A DNA stretch of 62,554 nt, the filler included, from Sphacelaria rigidula (lineage: Eukaryota), in the NCBI GenBank assembly GCA_964200075.2. It is 7 parts of 7 records of this genome, joined end to end, with 100 filler letters (N's around TTAATTAATTAA, not from the genome) between each part and the next. Parts side by side here need not be neighbours in the genome. Positions count along the whole stretch, not along the records: positions 8,953 to 17,803 come from CAXNAA020009938.1; positions 17,904 to 26,754 come from CAXNAA020009939.1; 5 more parts are not named here. One strand, written 5' to 3'. The notes under the pieces were generated by a model, which did not search any database, was not told the DNA's origin, and was given only the letters and a program-made list of their open reading frames with translations. Shown here piece after piece: positions 12,791-26,700 of the stretch (within the stretch, counting starts at the first letter, position 1; each line of letters begins with the position of its first letter). Made by a program: the position numbers and the translations under genes.

Positions 12791-13681
12791 GACTGTCGTC
12801 AAGTGTCCTGAGCTACCCGCACCCCAACGCTTGTGAAGGAGGGAAATCAAATCCTTTAGCCAGGACAAAACAAAAAGCGTCTGGCGAGATTCATACACTT
12901 GACCTTTCATCCTTGACAGGTTTCTGCTGTACCACAGCCCGACCGCCGGAACGCGGTGGTAACGTAGTGCAGGGAGTGGGTTGCGGTCATGTGGTGCATG
13001 TGTTGCGCCTACGGGGAGACGGTGCCTCGCTCGTGCAGATAGATCATAAACAAACGCAGGATCTGCCACCCAAGGAACTGCGGGAAAAAGCTTTTTCAAA
13101 TTTTGTTTTGCGGATGATGAAATACAGCGGTGAAACCAAGGGTCTGTCGGGAGAAGATTTTCGGGCACGGAGCCCCCCCCCTTCCTCCCCTTCCCGGAGG
13201 GCAATTTTCCGAAAGTTGTCATGATTTTTTTATTATATTTTTGAAGAAATTTATCGAGAAACACTGACAAAAACCGAAACGTCCGGTGGGCTTCGTGAAG
13301 TTTGTATACTTGTTTGTGCTCCTTGCCCGCTCTACTGTCTCAATGACCTCGGATGCCGGCCACCCTCACACACATGCATGCACACGAGCGCACAGTAGCA
13401 ACAGACTGCGACCAACGTAGCAACTTTATCTCACGCCTCGCCAAACTTGCCAGGACTACTGGTAGGTAGTCGAGGCCCACGACACGGAACATGAGCCCAT
13501 AACCGTAGTCATGGTGAGTGGTGAGCTTGGGGGGGGCGGCGTGTCCGCCATCTCATCGGTCTCCGTGCCAAGGGTCTCTATATACGGTAGCTGACCGCAC
13601 CTGCCAACGCCTCGGCAATAAACAAGGGGACAGCAGGCTGGGTGTGTCCCCCCCCTCCTCGCCCTCGAAAAGTCGAAGTAC

Positions 13682-15039
13682 CAGGGCTGTGAACTGGACC
13701 AGTTTGTACTGGCAGTTTAACTGGAACTGGTGATAAGGACTCCAGATTATCCTGTTTATTTGAAGTTTGCCTTTACCGGCTATGTTCATACCATTTTTAG
13801 TATGGTGACTTTATGACAAAGATGCTGACATGATAACGAACAAAATGACAGTAGAATTGGGGTCTACACCTGACAACAGTACAGGTTCAGACAGTACAGT
13901 ACAGTACTCGTGGTCACTACACCTCGAAATGATATCGCCGATATATGCCAGGTTTGTCGTTTGATAGCACATCTGGAATGAAAAAAAGCAAGCAAACGGT
14001 GATCCGCGACCATAAAATACAAAGTACACGATGGCTTGCAATTCAAGTGCATGCGTGCTTGTGGGTCAGACGTGAATCAATTTGCGCTCTTATCTCCGCG
14101 TGCTGCTAGCCTTGGCTTGCTTTCATCCTTCTCTCCTCACGGAGAGTCTGCTGCTGCATACAGATGAATGGTTTTCGAATCGCCCACCGCTTTGAATGGG
14201 ATTTGAATGTCATCCGAGAGTGCCCAAAAAACAATCCGACACGCTGTGTTCTTTTTTTGAACCCTGGAGTTTTTCGGGGGAGGGGGGCGGGGGGCGGGGG
14301 GGGGTCACTAAATCCCATACATGAAAGAAATAAACAAATAAACAAATAAACAAAATAGTATGTAAGAAACAAAAATTCGTGTCAATGAAGCTTTAATTCT
14401 TCGCGTACCTTCGGAGCCAACTAAGGCGAAGTTATATTTATGGGTTTCGGCAATATATTGGACATCACACTTCCACGGCAAGAACAAGACCAGACGAATA
14501 CCACAATGCTCTGCAATGCTTGCTTAATCAAGCTAAACGCATCTATCTGCACCGTCAATTTGCGTCCAATGTGCTTCGCATCTTGTTGTGGCAGATAGAG
14601 CCAACAATCATGAGCGCTACTTCACCCAAGTCACCCCAAAATGGCTTTTTATTGAGTGTTTCTTAATGTGATGAAAAAAAACAAACTACGACCGCCGGAG
14701 GGGGGGTGGGGTACATAAGGTCTCGGAGGTTTTTTTTGGCACTCCTGTGTCATCTAAGACTTTTCGCTCCTCAATGTGAGGGGTCACATTTTCTACAAAT
14801 TTCCACATTTTTCCGGAAAAATAAGCGAAATATCGCAAAGTTTCTCGCCTCCGGCGGCGCTCCCGCGGGGCCCCCTCGCTTGTCGAGGGGGAGCGTTGGC
14901 GGCTCGCGGCTTCACCGCTCGCCACCGATTGTTTTCCAGTCAATCAGCGAAGCCGATTAACTGGAAAACAATCGATGTACTGGCCGCTGGCGTGGCCAGT
15001 TTCAACTTAACTGGCCAGAGCAGCCAGTTCACAGCCCTA
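13682..15039. mobile_element. Non-autonomous hAT-like element (~1.36 kb)
   Basis: Left cagggctgtgaactgg; right end reverse complement tagggctgtgaactgg. Repeated aactgg/ccagtt subterminal motifs. Flanks cgaagtac/cgaatttt are only a partial 8-bp TSD. Confidence 0.7.
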
Positions 15040-15204
15040 CGAATTTTCGATCTTGGGGCCTACGTGTCCAGACTTTTTTTTACAGATCCTTGGTCAAAAC
15101 TCAAAGATCTTTTCATATATTGGGCGAAGCACAAACAACATATGAAGGCATACGCTTTACGAAAAGCAAAAGTAGGTCGTCTGTCAGTTATATACTGAAA
15201 CAAG

Positions 15205-17735
15205 ACTTTTGGTCTGACGACAAAGACGAGCTTGATCAGCGTCGGAAAAATGGTCTGCCCTGTAGAGGACACACGGCAGATCGTGTGATCGCGAAGGACT
15301 GCAAAATCTTGGGCACCCCCTTGCCCCCTCCCGCATATGACTATATCTGCGCGGTGCATTCGTACTGGGCATCTGATGCGGACGCCTTCCGTGGTCACAG
15401 GCTAGCAAAAAACAAAAAAAGAAGATACAGTAGTGGGCGGTCTAACTAATCACTTTCTGACATTTTGTGATTTTTTCGTAATTGGCGATTTTCTTGGGAT
15501 CCTTCCGCTTGCCACCCCTTATCACATCGGGGATCTGAAGATATTTATATCCGCTCCACATCCCAAGAAGAAAAAATCATCTGTATCCACTATCGAGTGA
15601 CTCACGGGCTGACCGGTCATCGAGGGTACTTACTCTTCTCTATTTTCGGTCGATCAAGCCCGTCCCGATCATATTTGTAGAAAAATGTACAGTCTTACTT
15701 TTTTTTAATTCTGCCTACTCAGTGCACTAGGGCCGAAAAACTGTGTTTCACGGTCAGTAGCACCCTCCTGATGAACGGGGTATTCACTCGTTTCGCCCGA
15801 TATCACCAACTAAGACTGACTTGGGCTATGTGTTTCGAAGATGATCTGTTTTGTTGTACCAAAATCTACCGATGCTAGCAATTTCGAGCTCTATCGAGAA
15901 GTACCACGCGAGGAAAACCCCAAAACACCCCTGAAGAGTTAGAGCGCCCACTACTGTAGACCCAGATTACAACTCACAAAACAGTGTATGGAAGAAACGG
16001 GCTGAGCGCCCAAATGTTGTAAGTGTGTCTATTAGGAGTAGGAACGAACGGTGCTCTATCTCGAAACGGACGCGTGGTCGATGGTCAAACGACGAAGCCA
16101 AGCGACAAATGATAAATGAGTACCCCCCGTCCCGTCCCGTCCCGTCCCGATCCATTCTCAGCCACCACCATTGCCGCACATTCGGAAGCGTCAGCTGACG
16201 GTTCGCGTGGAGCTCAGTCCCCCCGAAGAGTCCGGAGGTGGCGGCCTGAAGTTGGACTCCATGGGGAGGTCGGTGCAGACGGCAGCGGGAAGCGCGCTGA
16301 TCCTTCCTGCAAAGCTCAGGCACGGTAGCGATGGGTTTGGAGCGGGAACCCGGTCGGTACTGGTAGGCACGCTGTCGGTATTCCCGCGCACGCGGTGGCA
16401 ACGTTTCGTGAGCATGTGGCGCCTCTGGGGACTGTTCTCCAGAAGGGTTCGCTATATCGCGGACAAGCAGGGGCTGGGGCTGTCGACGTGGGGCGCATCA
16501 GTGGAGGAAGACGTGGTGATTGAAACGGAAGGATTGGATGCTGGCGGGAACGATCGTCTAGAATTTTGATCGTTTGTCCGCGATCGATTTCTGCTACATT
16601 CTGCAGTCGTTGGACTGACCGCGAGATGCCCCCCGCCTTCAGGTCGATTAGCTGGATTGCCGTGATTTTTCGTTCATTCATTATTCGATGAAATTGGCTC
16701 ATGCGGTCGCAATTATGCGACCGAAGGAGCTTTGTTTTTGGAGGGGAAAGACAGCGGTTCGGATGGCTTCGTACACCGACAGATTTCATGTGGAGTGGAA
16801 CGATCGGAGTTTGCGTTATGTAAGGTTTTCCGGGGAACATGGACGAAGCTATTTTTAACTCGTTTTGATCGGTGCAGTGTCCTGCCCCCCCCGGGGGGGT
16901 AGGGTGGGTATTTTGTCGCTTTGAGACATGCTCGCAAGCTTCTTTCTCGCAACGAAGTCCCTTCCTTTTCTAAGTCGAGGCGGAGGCGAGGTCCCCGTTT
17001 CATACAAGCGAGTGACCTGCTGACGCGCAGCGGTAACGAGGGCGAGTAAAAATTATGTCCAGCTTCGGCGCGCACGCGATCCAAATGCTGTTGTCTTTTC
17101 AGGCGAGTGGGGCGGATGAACCGCGGTTGAGGATACGTGGCGGAACCTCTTTTGAGTGGAATTAGGGTTCGAAAAAGGTGATAGGATTATTGATGACGTG
17201 ACCCACGCGCTTATTTAGTGGCGTGTCATCCCGTGCGCGGTTGCATCCGGACGATATCCGGCGTGGAGACATACGACCATGCATCTTCGGCCTAGGAACG
17301 CTGTTCGACTTTCGTTATTTGTGGGCATCTCCCGCGGAAGTTCCTCGGAAGTTTGAATCGTTTCATCGTAGCTTTCGATCAAGGGGTTCTCCGTATTTAC
17401 AATACTGAAGGAGCGTAGCCCACTGGAAACCTTGCTTGGTCCGATAAAGGCAGGAGAAGGGGATGGTGGGGGCGCCACGCATGTTGCTATTATCATCCAC
17501 CATGTCACGGGTGTACTGAATTACAATCTGTGAAGGGGGGGGGGATGGCTGCACTGGATATAGGCGGTGACGGCAATTTTGTGATGGGTGTTAGCAGTGC
17601 GGGGATCCACTGGTATGCAGTGCGGTGTCAAGTTGATTGTGCTGTAGACCCTCTGTAGACGATACCCGAGGTGTAACATCCGATGCTTGAGGTATAGAAA
17701 GTGGACATGACTGTTATAGCACCTCATCTTGCCCG

Positions 17736-17770
<35 letters not shown>

Positions 17771-20700
17771 CCCCCCGCACGGGCGCCTCGGGCCCTCCGT
17801 TTTNNNNNNNNNNNNNNNNNNNNNNNNNNNNNNNNNNNNNNNNNNNNTTAATTAATTAANNNNNNNNNNNNNNNNNNNNNNNNNNNNNNNNNNNNNNNNN
17901 NNNGAGATGGGTTGATCCCTTGAGACCACGGACTCATCCCGAGGAAGGGGAGAGGTTCAAAGTGCGAGAAAGAAAAAAATGGCACACGGCGTCAAAGAGA
18001 TAGGGGTCACAACACCAAACTTGACATTCGCCGTTTGGGGAGCAGAGGCTGCTGACTGTGTCCTTTGACTAAAGATGGCGATTGGTATAAATCAACAAAA
18101 GTGCACGCTTACGCCGAACATTCTGCTACTGGACAAAAACTGATCCAACCATTGCAGGATTCCTGCTTTTTATGGTCATCTCACATGAGGTGGTAGATGC
18201 TGTTTGTGTCGTTCTTTGTCGAACATGGACGCCTGTAAAGGTTGCGGCATCTCACCCAGCGATAAATAAGGGACTGTTCCGAATTAATCAGCGACTCCTG
18301 CGTTTCCTTAGTTCGGGGCTCTTGTATTGATTCACCTACCCGAGGACATCAAGCGCTGTGCAACCGCAGAAGTACTCGTGCTTTTCGCCCAGTCAGCAGG
18401 CAGGCCAAACCGAGATGGGTCAGCAGCCAGAGCCCTTTCGCAATACCTGCCCGGTCGGTTGGATCTCAGGTCCCTGGATAGTTAGATTCACTGACTGGGC
18501 GCGTTCATTAACTCCAAGAACGGAAATTGCAGGAGTATTGCCGTCTTGCCGGAGCCGAACGGTTTGAACGGAAGTGCCCCGTGTTCGGTTGTATGCTCGC
18601 CCCCGTACTGTATCTGCCAACAGTGTCCCATGGCAGGTTAGCAGTTTCCGTGTTTTTTTTGTAAGAGGCTCTTGGAACGATCTGCTGGCCCAAAATATCT
18701 AGTGACCCCCCTCCTTCAAGAACACGTTTGGTATAGTGAAAGTGCTTCAAATAAGAAATCCGAAGTGTACTGCGTTGACGAATGAGCGCCCCGGACGTTG
18801 TCCTCCAGTCGATATCATGGATGTTCCTGATATGGGTGAAGTATACCGCTATAATTGGCTTTGCTCTTTGAAGCACGGGACAGTATCATTCGACCAGCTG
18901 TCCCGCCGTTAAGGAGTTCCGATTTTGTGCAGCGATTGTAACGAATAGAGTGCGCGCTCTGCGTCAATGCGATAGCGTCTTGACGCACAGGCATGGATCC
19001 CGTCCCGATAGGCACCGCCTTGAGGTTCTACTCTAGGACGCACACGTGCATCAGGCTGACTCGAAAAAATATCTAGCTTTCGTAGCTCTTGACCCACGAA
19101 CCATGACGTTAATTTCACAGCTGATCGATGCGACGTCAATTGTGCACGTTCCGCGATTCTGATATGAATGTGCGTGCGAGCGATGCTGCAAGCGAATATT
19201 CAAACAATGTCCGCAACCAATGTTTTTTTTTTTCGAATGTTGCCCGCCGGCAAGAGCTCACCCCCCTGTATTTTCGCAATCACGTCGCTTCGTTTCTCCC
19301 AAACGAGAACGACAGGCAGCCCCGCTTCCGGAACTCCCGTCCAGTTCGACCAACAGTTGGATTTCCGCCAGCAGTGGAAATGAGTGCATGGTCAGTGACG
19401 CTAAAGAAAGTGACCGCTCGGTTCTGTCCGACTCGGGTTTTGCGGGGGGAGGCGCGGTTCGAATTTCGCAAGTTTCCGGTCTGGGCCTTCCGTGGACTCC
19501 TCGAAGGTGAAAGTGATATGAACCCCTCTTCTGTGCACCGCCCGATGTGGTGCGGCCATCGTCCTTCCTGGTTTCTTCGCTCGCTGAATTTGCGCTATCA
19601 TGGCTCGTTCTGTGGAGGAGCGCAGCGGCTAGACAGGGTGTACATTTCAGTGCTTGCATCGTACAGTAGGAAGACCGGTAACTGCAACTTGCCCTACGAA
19701 GATCAGTTGCGCCTGGGCACAAACAGGGCGCAGTAATACTGGGTGATCGTACAGTTATACACGTCGTCACTAATAAGTAGACCCTGTCGATATCTCCCCC
19801 ATTGTAATATTGGGGTCATCGAGAAAACGTATTATTTGGGTTTAATGACGACATTAAGATTGGCATCAATTGGCGAGAAAAAATGGCGAAACAACAACGG
19901 TAAGTAATTTACTGTAGATTGAAATTTTCCGACTCAGTTCGGACTGTCTGCTTTCTCCCTGATCATCAAGACCCACCCATCGAACATCATATACGCATAG
20001 GGGGAGACGATCCAAGGGGTAAGGAGGAGCAATGACGAGAGTTGAGGAAACAAATAGTCAAGATTTCCGTGAACGAGTCGGATTTTCTACCCAAGAAGTA
20101 CAGAATCCGCCGTTCTGTCGCCGAGCATGTTACCACGATTGCTCAATATGACCGCGTGAACAACAGGGGTCGGACGCAAAGCAAAGTGAGATATGAAAAA
20201 AATATACATGTATGTGCTGAGGAAAGTTATGTTCGAATGGAATTTGGTTCTACGTATTTGTGACCAATGTAGTGTGTGACAACCACATTGGTGTGTGACA
20301 ACCACTTCACTAGGCTCCTCCGTTCTATGCTCTTGTAATACTTGAAAATTTGCACCGACACCTCACCTTTTCGTAATACTGCGAGGGCTAGATGGCAGGA
20401 TTATCGCGGCTTGGCAGAAGTTCACGTATGTCATATGTTACACATGGAGGTCACACAGTGAGCACCCGTCTAATAAAATTGCTACACGGAGAGCTCGTTA
20501 TACTGAGGTGGTTCCCCCCTCGAACCTTCGTCTCATGGTGTTTTTTCACCATGCACGCATGCACTTTGTTTTATCGCTTGCTATTGCACTGCTTCGTCAC
20601 GCCAGCAATTTGATCTTTTGCACTCCCGGTGTTTCGATCGAAATGTCTATGATTTTCCGGACCATGCATGCTTCGATCAGTGCTTCGAGATCATCAATCT

Positions 20701-23700
20701 CCGAGGGTCAAATTCGAGGAGGATCAATCAGCGACGGCGAGCTGGTACGACTTACCCCGAGAGGGACACGCGTCGTAGAAGAGGGAGAAATCCTTCTCCC
20801 GCCGCATCAGCAGCAGAAAGGGGAATCGAAGTTGGAGCTCTCTCGTGGCCTACAAGAAAGGAAGAACGCGCAGTTGAAAACCCGAACTTCGCGTGTGCTC
20901 GGAGCACCCACCGGGATGTCAGTGATGATGTCGGCAGAGAATGGCCACCCAGCTGTTATTCGTCGTACTCCACCGCGCGGGCTTCAAAATGTGGAGGGAA
21001 ATCGTTGTGGGGGCAACGGCGTTAGCTCTAGCAGCGACAACGCCCGCGGCACAAGTGCTAGCGGTAATGACAGCGGATATACTCAAGAGTCCTTGGCAAT
21101 GCTCACGTCGGGGCATCCCAGCATCGAGAAGGAGCGGAGTAGGGCGCGTGCGGCTAGAAGGAGCAGAGCTGGAGCGCCCACCACAGCTAGGTTGCCCACG
21201 GCCGCTTGTGCTGCTGCTGATGCAGCTGCTGTTGCTGGTGGACCGGAAGAAGGCGACTTTCGACACGGGATCCACGGCGATTTCGGAGGCGAAACGGGAG
21301 GCGGGTGTCGACAATATTTCCGACGGGGTTTTGAGCACGAGATGGAAGACCGCTTGCTAAGACGGGGGGTACAACGCCGCGATTTTGAAGGAGGGAGGAA
21401 AGTGGAGATGCTCAAGGAGTGCGGTGACGGTGGTGACACGTCCTCGATCGGCGGTAGCGAAGACAGTAGTGGAACGTGTGCTAGCCACGAGTCGGGACAG
21501 GTGGGCAACTGGGGAGGCATCGGTGTTCGAAGCAACACACAGGAAGGCGTCGGAGGGTACGGTAGAAAGGGTGGGAAAGGCATCAAGGCTGGCGTAGCAG
21601 CCGAAGATATCCAACGTGCAATTCGGAGGGGGCGCCGGAGATCGCGGAGTGGTACGTCGCCAGCTATTTCTCATATGCTCATGAGCGACGGCGACAGAAA
21701 CACCGCTACTAGCAGTGGCGTGGAGGATGGAGAAGTCGCGTTCACCCATGGTGGTTTTGAAGACGTTGGCATCAGCAGCAGTATTAGCATCAGTAGCAAC
21801 GGCAACAACGATGATGATGACGATGGCGATGATGACGGGATGGTTGAGCAAGAGTTGACGACTAGCAAGGGGCAGAAGCTAGAGCGAACTGCGGGGGAAG
21901 AGAGGCAGGCGACTTCGCGGGACAACGGGACGGGGACGGCGGTGGTCGAAGAGGGGGCGAGAAGTATACCGAGCTCTCGAACATTAGTACCCCGCAGGGT
22001 TTGTGCTAGCGCAGGAGGGAGTCGGACTCATTCCAGCAACGACAGGTGAAGAACGTTCGTTCACCACGATTCACCTGCTGTTGTGAAGCGTTCACCCAGG
22101 TGTACGAAATTGTCGATTGTTTTCCTCGCTACTGCCGCATGGGGTCGTAATCCTCCTCTAGAAAAGGCGTGAAAATGGTACAAGTGACGATTGAATACAG
22201 GCTGGGCCACCGAAGGAGTGGATTTTCCTTCAGCCCGTTCTAACTGACGATATATCGCGAGATATGCCTACTTTGACACATCGTGGTGATCTGCACAATG
22301 GTGCGCGTCTTTCAATCCACGTAGCACTGCATCCGACGAGTCCACATCAGACGAAATACCGAACTGTTGTCAGCTGCGAATTGTAGAGAGTTCAAGGGTG
22401 ACATGTGCGACGAAATTAGGGCACAGAAACGATCGAAATCGTATTTTCGGTTTCAGTCGGTTGTGCCGCGGCCGCGAAGTGGTGGTGCTGCACATGTTGT
22501 GGTTGTACAGTAATGCATGTCGTACTGTAGACGCACAGAGTCTGAGATGGTACGCAGGCGAGGCCTCCAGCACGTCAAGGCGTCTGTTAGTAGTGTGCAA
22601 ATCGGTGAGCGGTGGGTGAAGAAAGCTTGTAAAGAACGTGAAAGCTCTGGCTGAGGTTGTTGTACTCTCAAAGCAAGCCAATCAGTTCTTGACAGAAAAG
22701 CGCGGTTGCGCTGCTCATTTTTGAGCCGTTCACAATAAAATATTGACACGATGTACACCAGGCATGTGCGAAGCCCCTACTGTTACCCCTTTATTTTTTA
22801 TTTTGTTCTCGTGATTTATCGGTAATCCAAATTTCGGAACATTATTTTCTGGGACAAAGTCCTCGATGAGTCATTGAAAATAGTCAAGATGGGGATACTA
22901 AGGTCTTTGAACATAGCTCAAGCACATCGTGTCAAAATTTCGGGGGGAAAACATGAAATTGGACAGCTTAACCGCGGTTCAGAGTTTCCTGTTCCCGTCG
23001 TGGCTGGTCCATCTCCACATGGGAACCGGTTTTCGACACGAAAGCGCAATTTCACTCCTCAATTTTTGGTCGTCTACTATGAAATTTTGACGCGATGTAC
23101 AGGACGTATGTGCGAAAAATCCCAATTTCTCTCCGCTCATTATATCTTCGTGAGTGACTGGCGAAGGAACGTTTCAGAAAAGTTTGTTCGGAACTAAATC
23201 GCAAATAACTGACGAAAATAGAAACAAAAAAAACTAGGAGAGGAAACATGGGGTCTTCGCATATACGTCCTGTACATCGTGTTGAGATTTTGTTGGAAAC
23301 GACCCAAAATCGAGCAGTACAATCCCGTGTCAATATTCCCGTCCGCGTCTTCGGCGGCCCAACCTGTACAGCCGTGAGTTCTCAATTTGGCACCAAAATC
23401 ATCCCGCATTTGTCCATTTTTCGCTGTACGCCCACCAGATATATCACGCCGAAATGTCGGGCGCAGCACAACTGTTGCGCTGTGAGCAGTGCAGACATTA
23501 GCTGCCTCTTCGCGGAGGCTTTCTCTCGTCGCTCACTCCAACGGTTCATGGGGTCATTTCGCACAAGCGTGTCTCGGCCATTTTCACTCGAAAGCTCCGC
23601 GAAATGATACTGGTAGCGGTACGCAAGTTTCCTCGGGGCGTGGTTTCTTGACTAGCGAATAGCGGCAATGCGATTGAGTCGCGACAGCCTCTGTGCGTCG

Positions 23701-26700
23701 GTACTTGGCCGCTGTGTAGAAGTCCAGCTGTTGCGGTTTGCCAGTATGTCAGTCCGTGCACATGTTGCATACGAGCTGTGTATCCATCACTTGAGGTGCT
23801 CAGCGGATAAGACTCCATCTTCGAGCTCGTGTAGTAGCCTGTTCCTAATTATAGTGCCAATGGTCGTAGCGTTCCACCAACCGGCATCACTTTTGTGCAT
23901 TGAGCTGTGCTCCCAAGTTATTGATATGCTTGCTGCTACGAGAACAGAAAATGTGAGAGGGGGGGGTGTTTCGGTAGTTGTAGTCCTGACGTAACACAGC
24001 TGTCTTGCCGCAAGAAACTTACGAGGTAGGTTGCATGTTTACCTGGCACACCCCTATGTATATGTAGACCGTACCGTGCAGTAAAGTAGTGGTACCTAGG
24101 ACTGGATTCATCTGCGCTGCCGCTGCCCTATATCGGACCAGAATCTCGTCGATTTGGAGAAATCCTTCGTGGGTTAAACTTGCGGAATAGGGAAACGTGA
24201 AAACAGTCAAATACAGGATGAAAAAATGGTGACAAGCAGAACAAAATTCCTGAACAGAGGACGTTCTGGATGAGCGGCGTTATCAGCCAACAAAGGAAGT
24301 TCTCGGGGGAGGGGGGGCGATCCTCGGATGGCGAGGGCGTGTGAGCAGGGGCATTTTCTGTGAACATGGGGCTTCATTATATGACGAGGTGGCGTCAACA
24401 GGGGGCGCTCTGCGTGCACACGGGACGTTCTCATTTCACGAGAGGTGTATCTGAGTGAACACGGGATGTTCTCAACCAACAAGGAGGCGCTCTCGGATAA
24501 CAAGCGGGCGTGAGCAGGAGACGTTCTGGGAAGAGGGAGTGTTCTACGTTTTCGAATAGAAAGGGGGAGTGGACAGGGCACGTTCTGGGTATACTCGGGG
24601 TGTTTCCGGTATAAACGAGGGGCTTTGCCGGATAACAAGGGGTGGTGAGCAGTAGGCGGTCGTGGAGTATACGCAGCTTCTCGGTAAGTATGGCGCGCTC
24701 TGGTTGAGCACGGGGCATTCTACGATCACATGGGGTGTTCTCGGGTAGCAGGAGGGGGAGTACTCATTTGTTGCTTGCCTTAGTCGTTTGGCCATTGACC
24801 GCGCATGCCTTTCGGGACGGAGCATATCGGATAACAGGGGGGTGTTTTTTGTACACATGGGGCATTCTCAGATGATGAGGGGTTGTAATAATATGGGTTA
24901 TAGTGCCAAGAAATGATGACAAGACGAAGCAGGATCGTGCGTTTACAGCAGAATCGAGTTGTAAGCTGCTCGAAAATCTGTTCTATACTCCAATCCCTAT
25001 TCCCCATCCCTCCCCATCTCAATCACCCGAGTTACCACTACGGATTCATCCTTCCTTTTCTTCATTGCTCCGTTTCTACACAGCCGGGAGCGAGCAGAGG
25101 GGAAGCACGGGATTGCGGAAGCTGAGTTGGGTCTGCACACTGGTCAAGCCGCACATCACGGCATCCGTCAAGAGGCATCCCGTGTCTCGGCCGGCTCGGC
25201 CAACACAACCATGAACGATAGGCAAGAACGCGACGGTACAGATGGTCCTGCGAAGGATATCTTATCGCAAGAAACGTCTCCAAGGGCGAAAGTACTAGGG
25301 TGACGCCCGGGAGGATAAATGTAGCGGAGTTGATGTCAAGGCCATCCTGGGCAGCTCGTTAGGCCTTGCCGTAGCAGGAGCAGGGACATACGGGGGGCAG
25401 CGGCGCTGTTGACTCGGCGGGGGGGAAGCGGGTAGTAGTTCATGGAATAGTCCTTAGCAGTGCAGCCTCTTGATAGACCGAAGTTACGAAGGACCACCTG
25501 AATTGTTGTAAAAAATTGACATCATGCACCTGTACAGATTGCAATCTTCGAGGGAGGGGGAGGGGGTGGGAACGCGTACCGATGTAGGATAACCAGACAG
25601 GCCTTGTCCGAGGCAGTTTAGCAGACCGTTGACCATTCCGTGAGCAAGAAAGGAGACGGGGAGGGGGGCGGGGAGGGCAGCGCCTTTTTATTGCGCCTAT
25701 TCTCGACTGTTTCTAAGAGCACTACAGACCCGATATAATATGACTCTAAACAGCTTTCCTGGGTACACATCTTTAGACCATCCCGAAAGCTGAAGAGCTG
25801 ACGAGCTGCCTTCCGCAGGTCTTATTGCACCCTGAAATGCTCCAGGATTTCGGACCCTGGGGATGTCACTCTGGATCGAATCAATTGAAGCCTTACCCCT
25901 TTCTTGATATCCACTTGAGATATTTTTTGCAGATTTCTGCTCTTGGGCACATGATGGGCGCTGCCGCGCATGCAGGTCTGCAGGTCGCATCTTGCGGACG
26001 CACGTACTCTACATTGCTGTACCTATGCTGCGCCAAATGGCTCCACAAAACACAGACCGGGCACCTCCCCCTCCCCCCCCCTGCCCCCCTTACTAGGAGA
26101 TCGACGGTGGCCACAGATGGCGAAACAGGACGGGGATAAGATATGTCAAAGGCTTTTGTGCAATGTACGGGGAAAACGTGATGAGCGCCGGAATGTTGGA
26201 GGTGTCTCTATTAGGAGTAGGAACGGTGGTCCGTCCCGGGAGGGATGCGTCGTCAATGGTTAAACGACTAAGGCAAGCAACAAATGAGTACGCTCCCTCC
26301 CCCCTGCCCCGCCCCGCTCAAAGGCCTTCAATAAGGCAGAAAAACGACCAAAACTGAGCTGTTTCCTGCTCGAACATGATTCAACCGAACAGTGCTGTCA
26401 CATTGACGAAATCGTCGGTGTGTGTGAGCCTCAATAACGAATGTTTTTGTGCGCCTGGTCCTCGCTGAGACAGGGGGTATTGATGTCGATACCCTAGCGT
26501 GTCGTGCAAGGCATGAACTTTCTAGCCAAAATCCAGCATTGGGTTACGACGTTTCACTGGAAATTCCCGACACCCAACGCAGTTACTCGAGTGCCTTATG
26601 CATGCTCGAATTACGTGAATCGATAGTGGGCGATGGAACGTCGAAATCCGCAGGAAAAGAAGAAAACTGTTCGACACTTGTGGATTGAATTCCCCCCACA

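Noticed and set aside
19128-19736. 202-aa ORF and overlapping ORFs
   Set aside because: No domain signal, open in several frames, with MITE-like composition; termini could not be defined.
25440-25442. In-frame TGA as selenocysteine
   Set aside because: No redox motif context and no SECIS recognised; a plain stop or non-coding sequence is simpler.
25336-25497. Kinase-like VVLRNFGLSR reading on the minus strand
   Set aside because: Lacks DFG and any other kinase subdomain nearby; an alternative frame fits the ANF-like pattern better.
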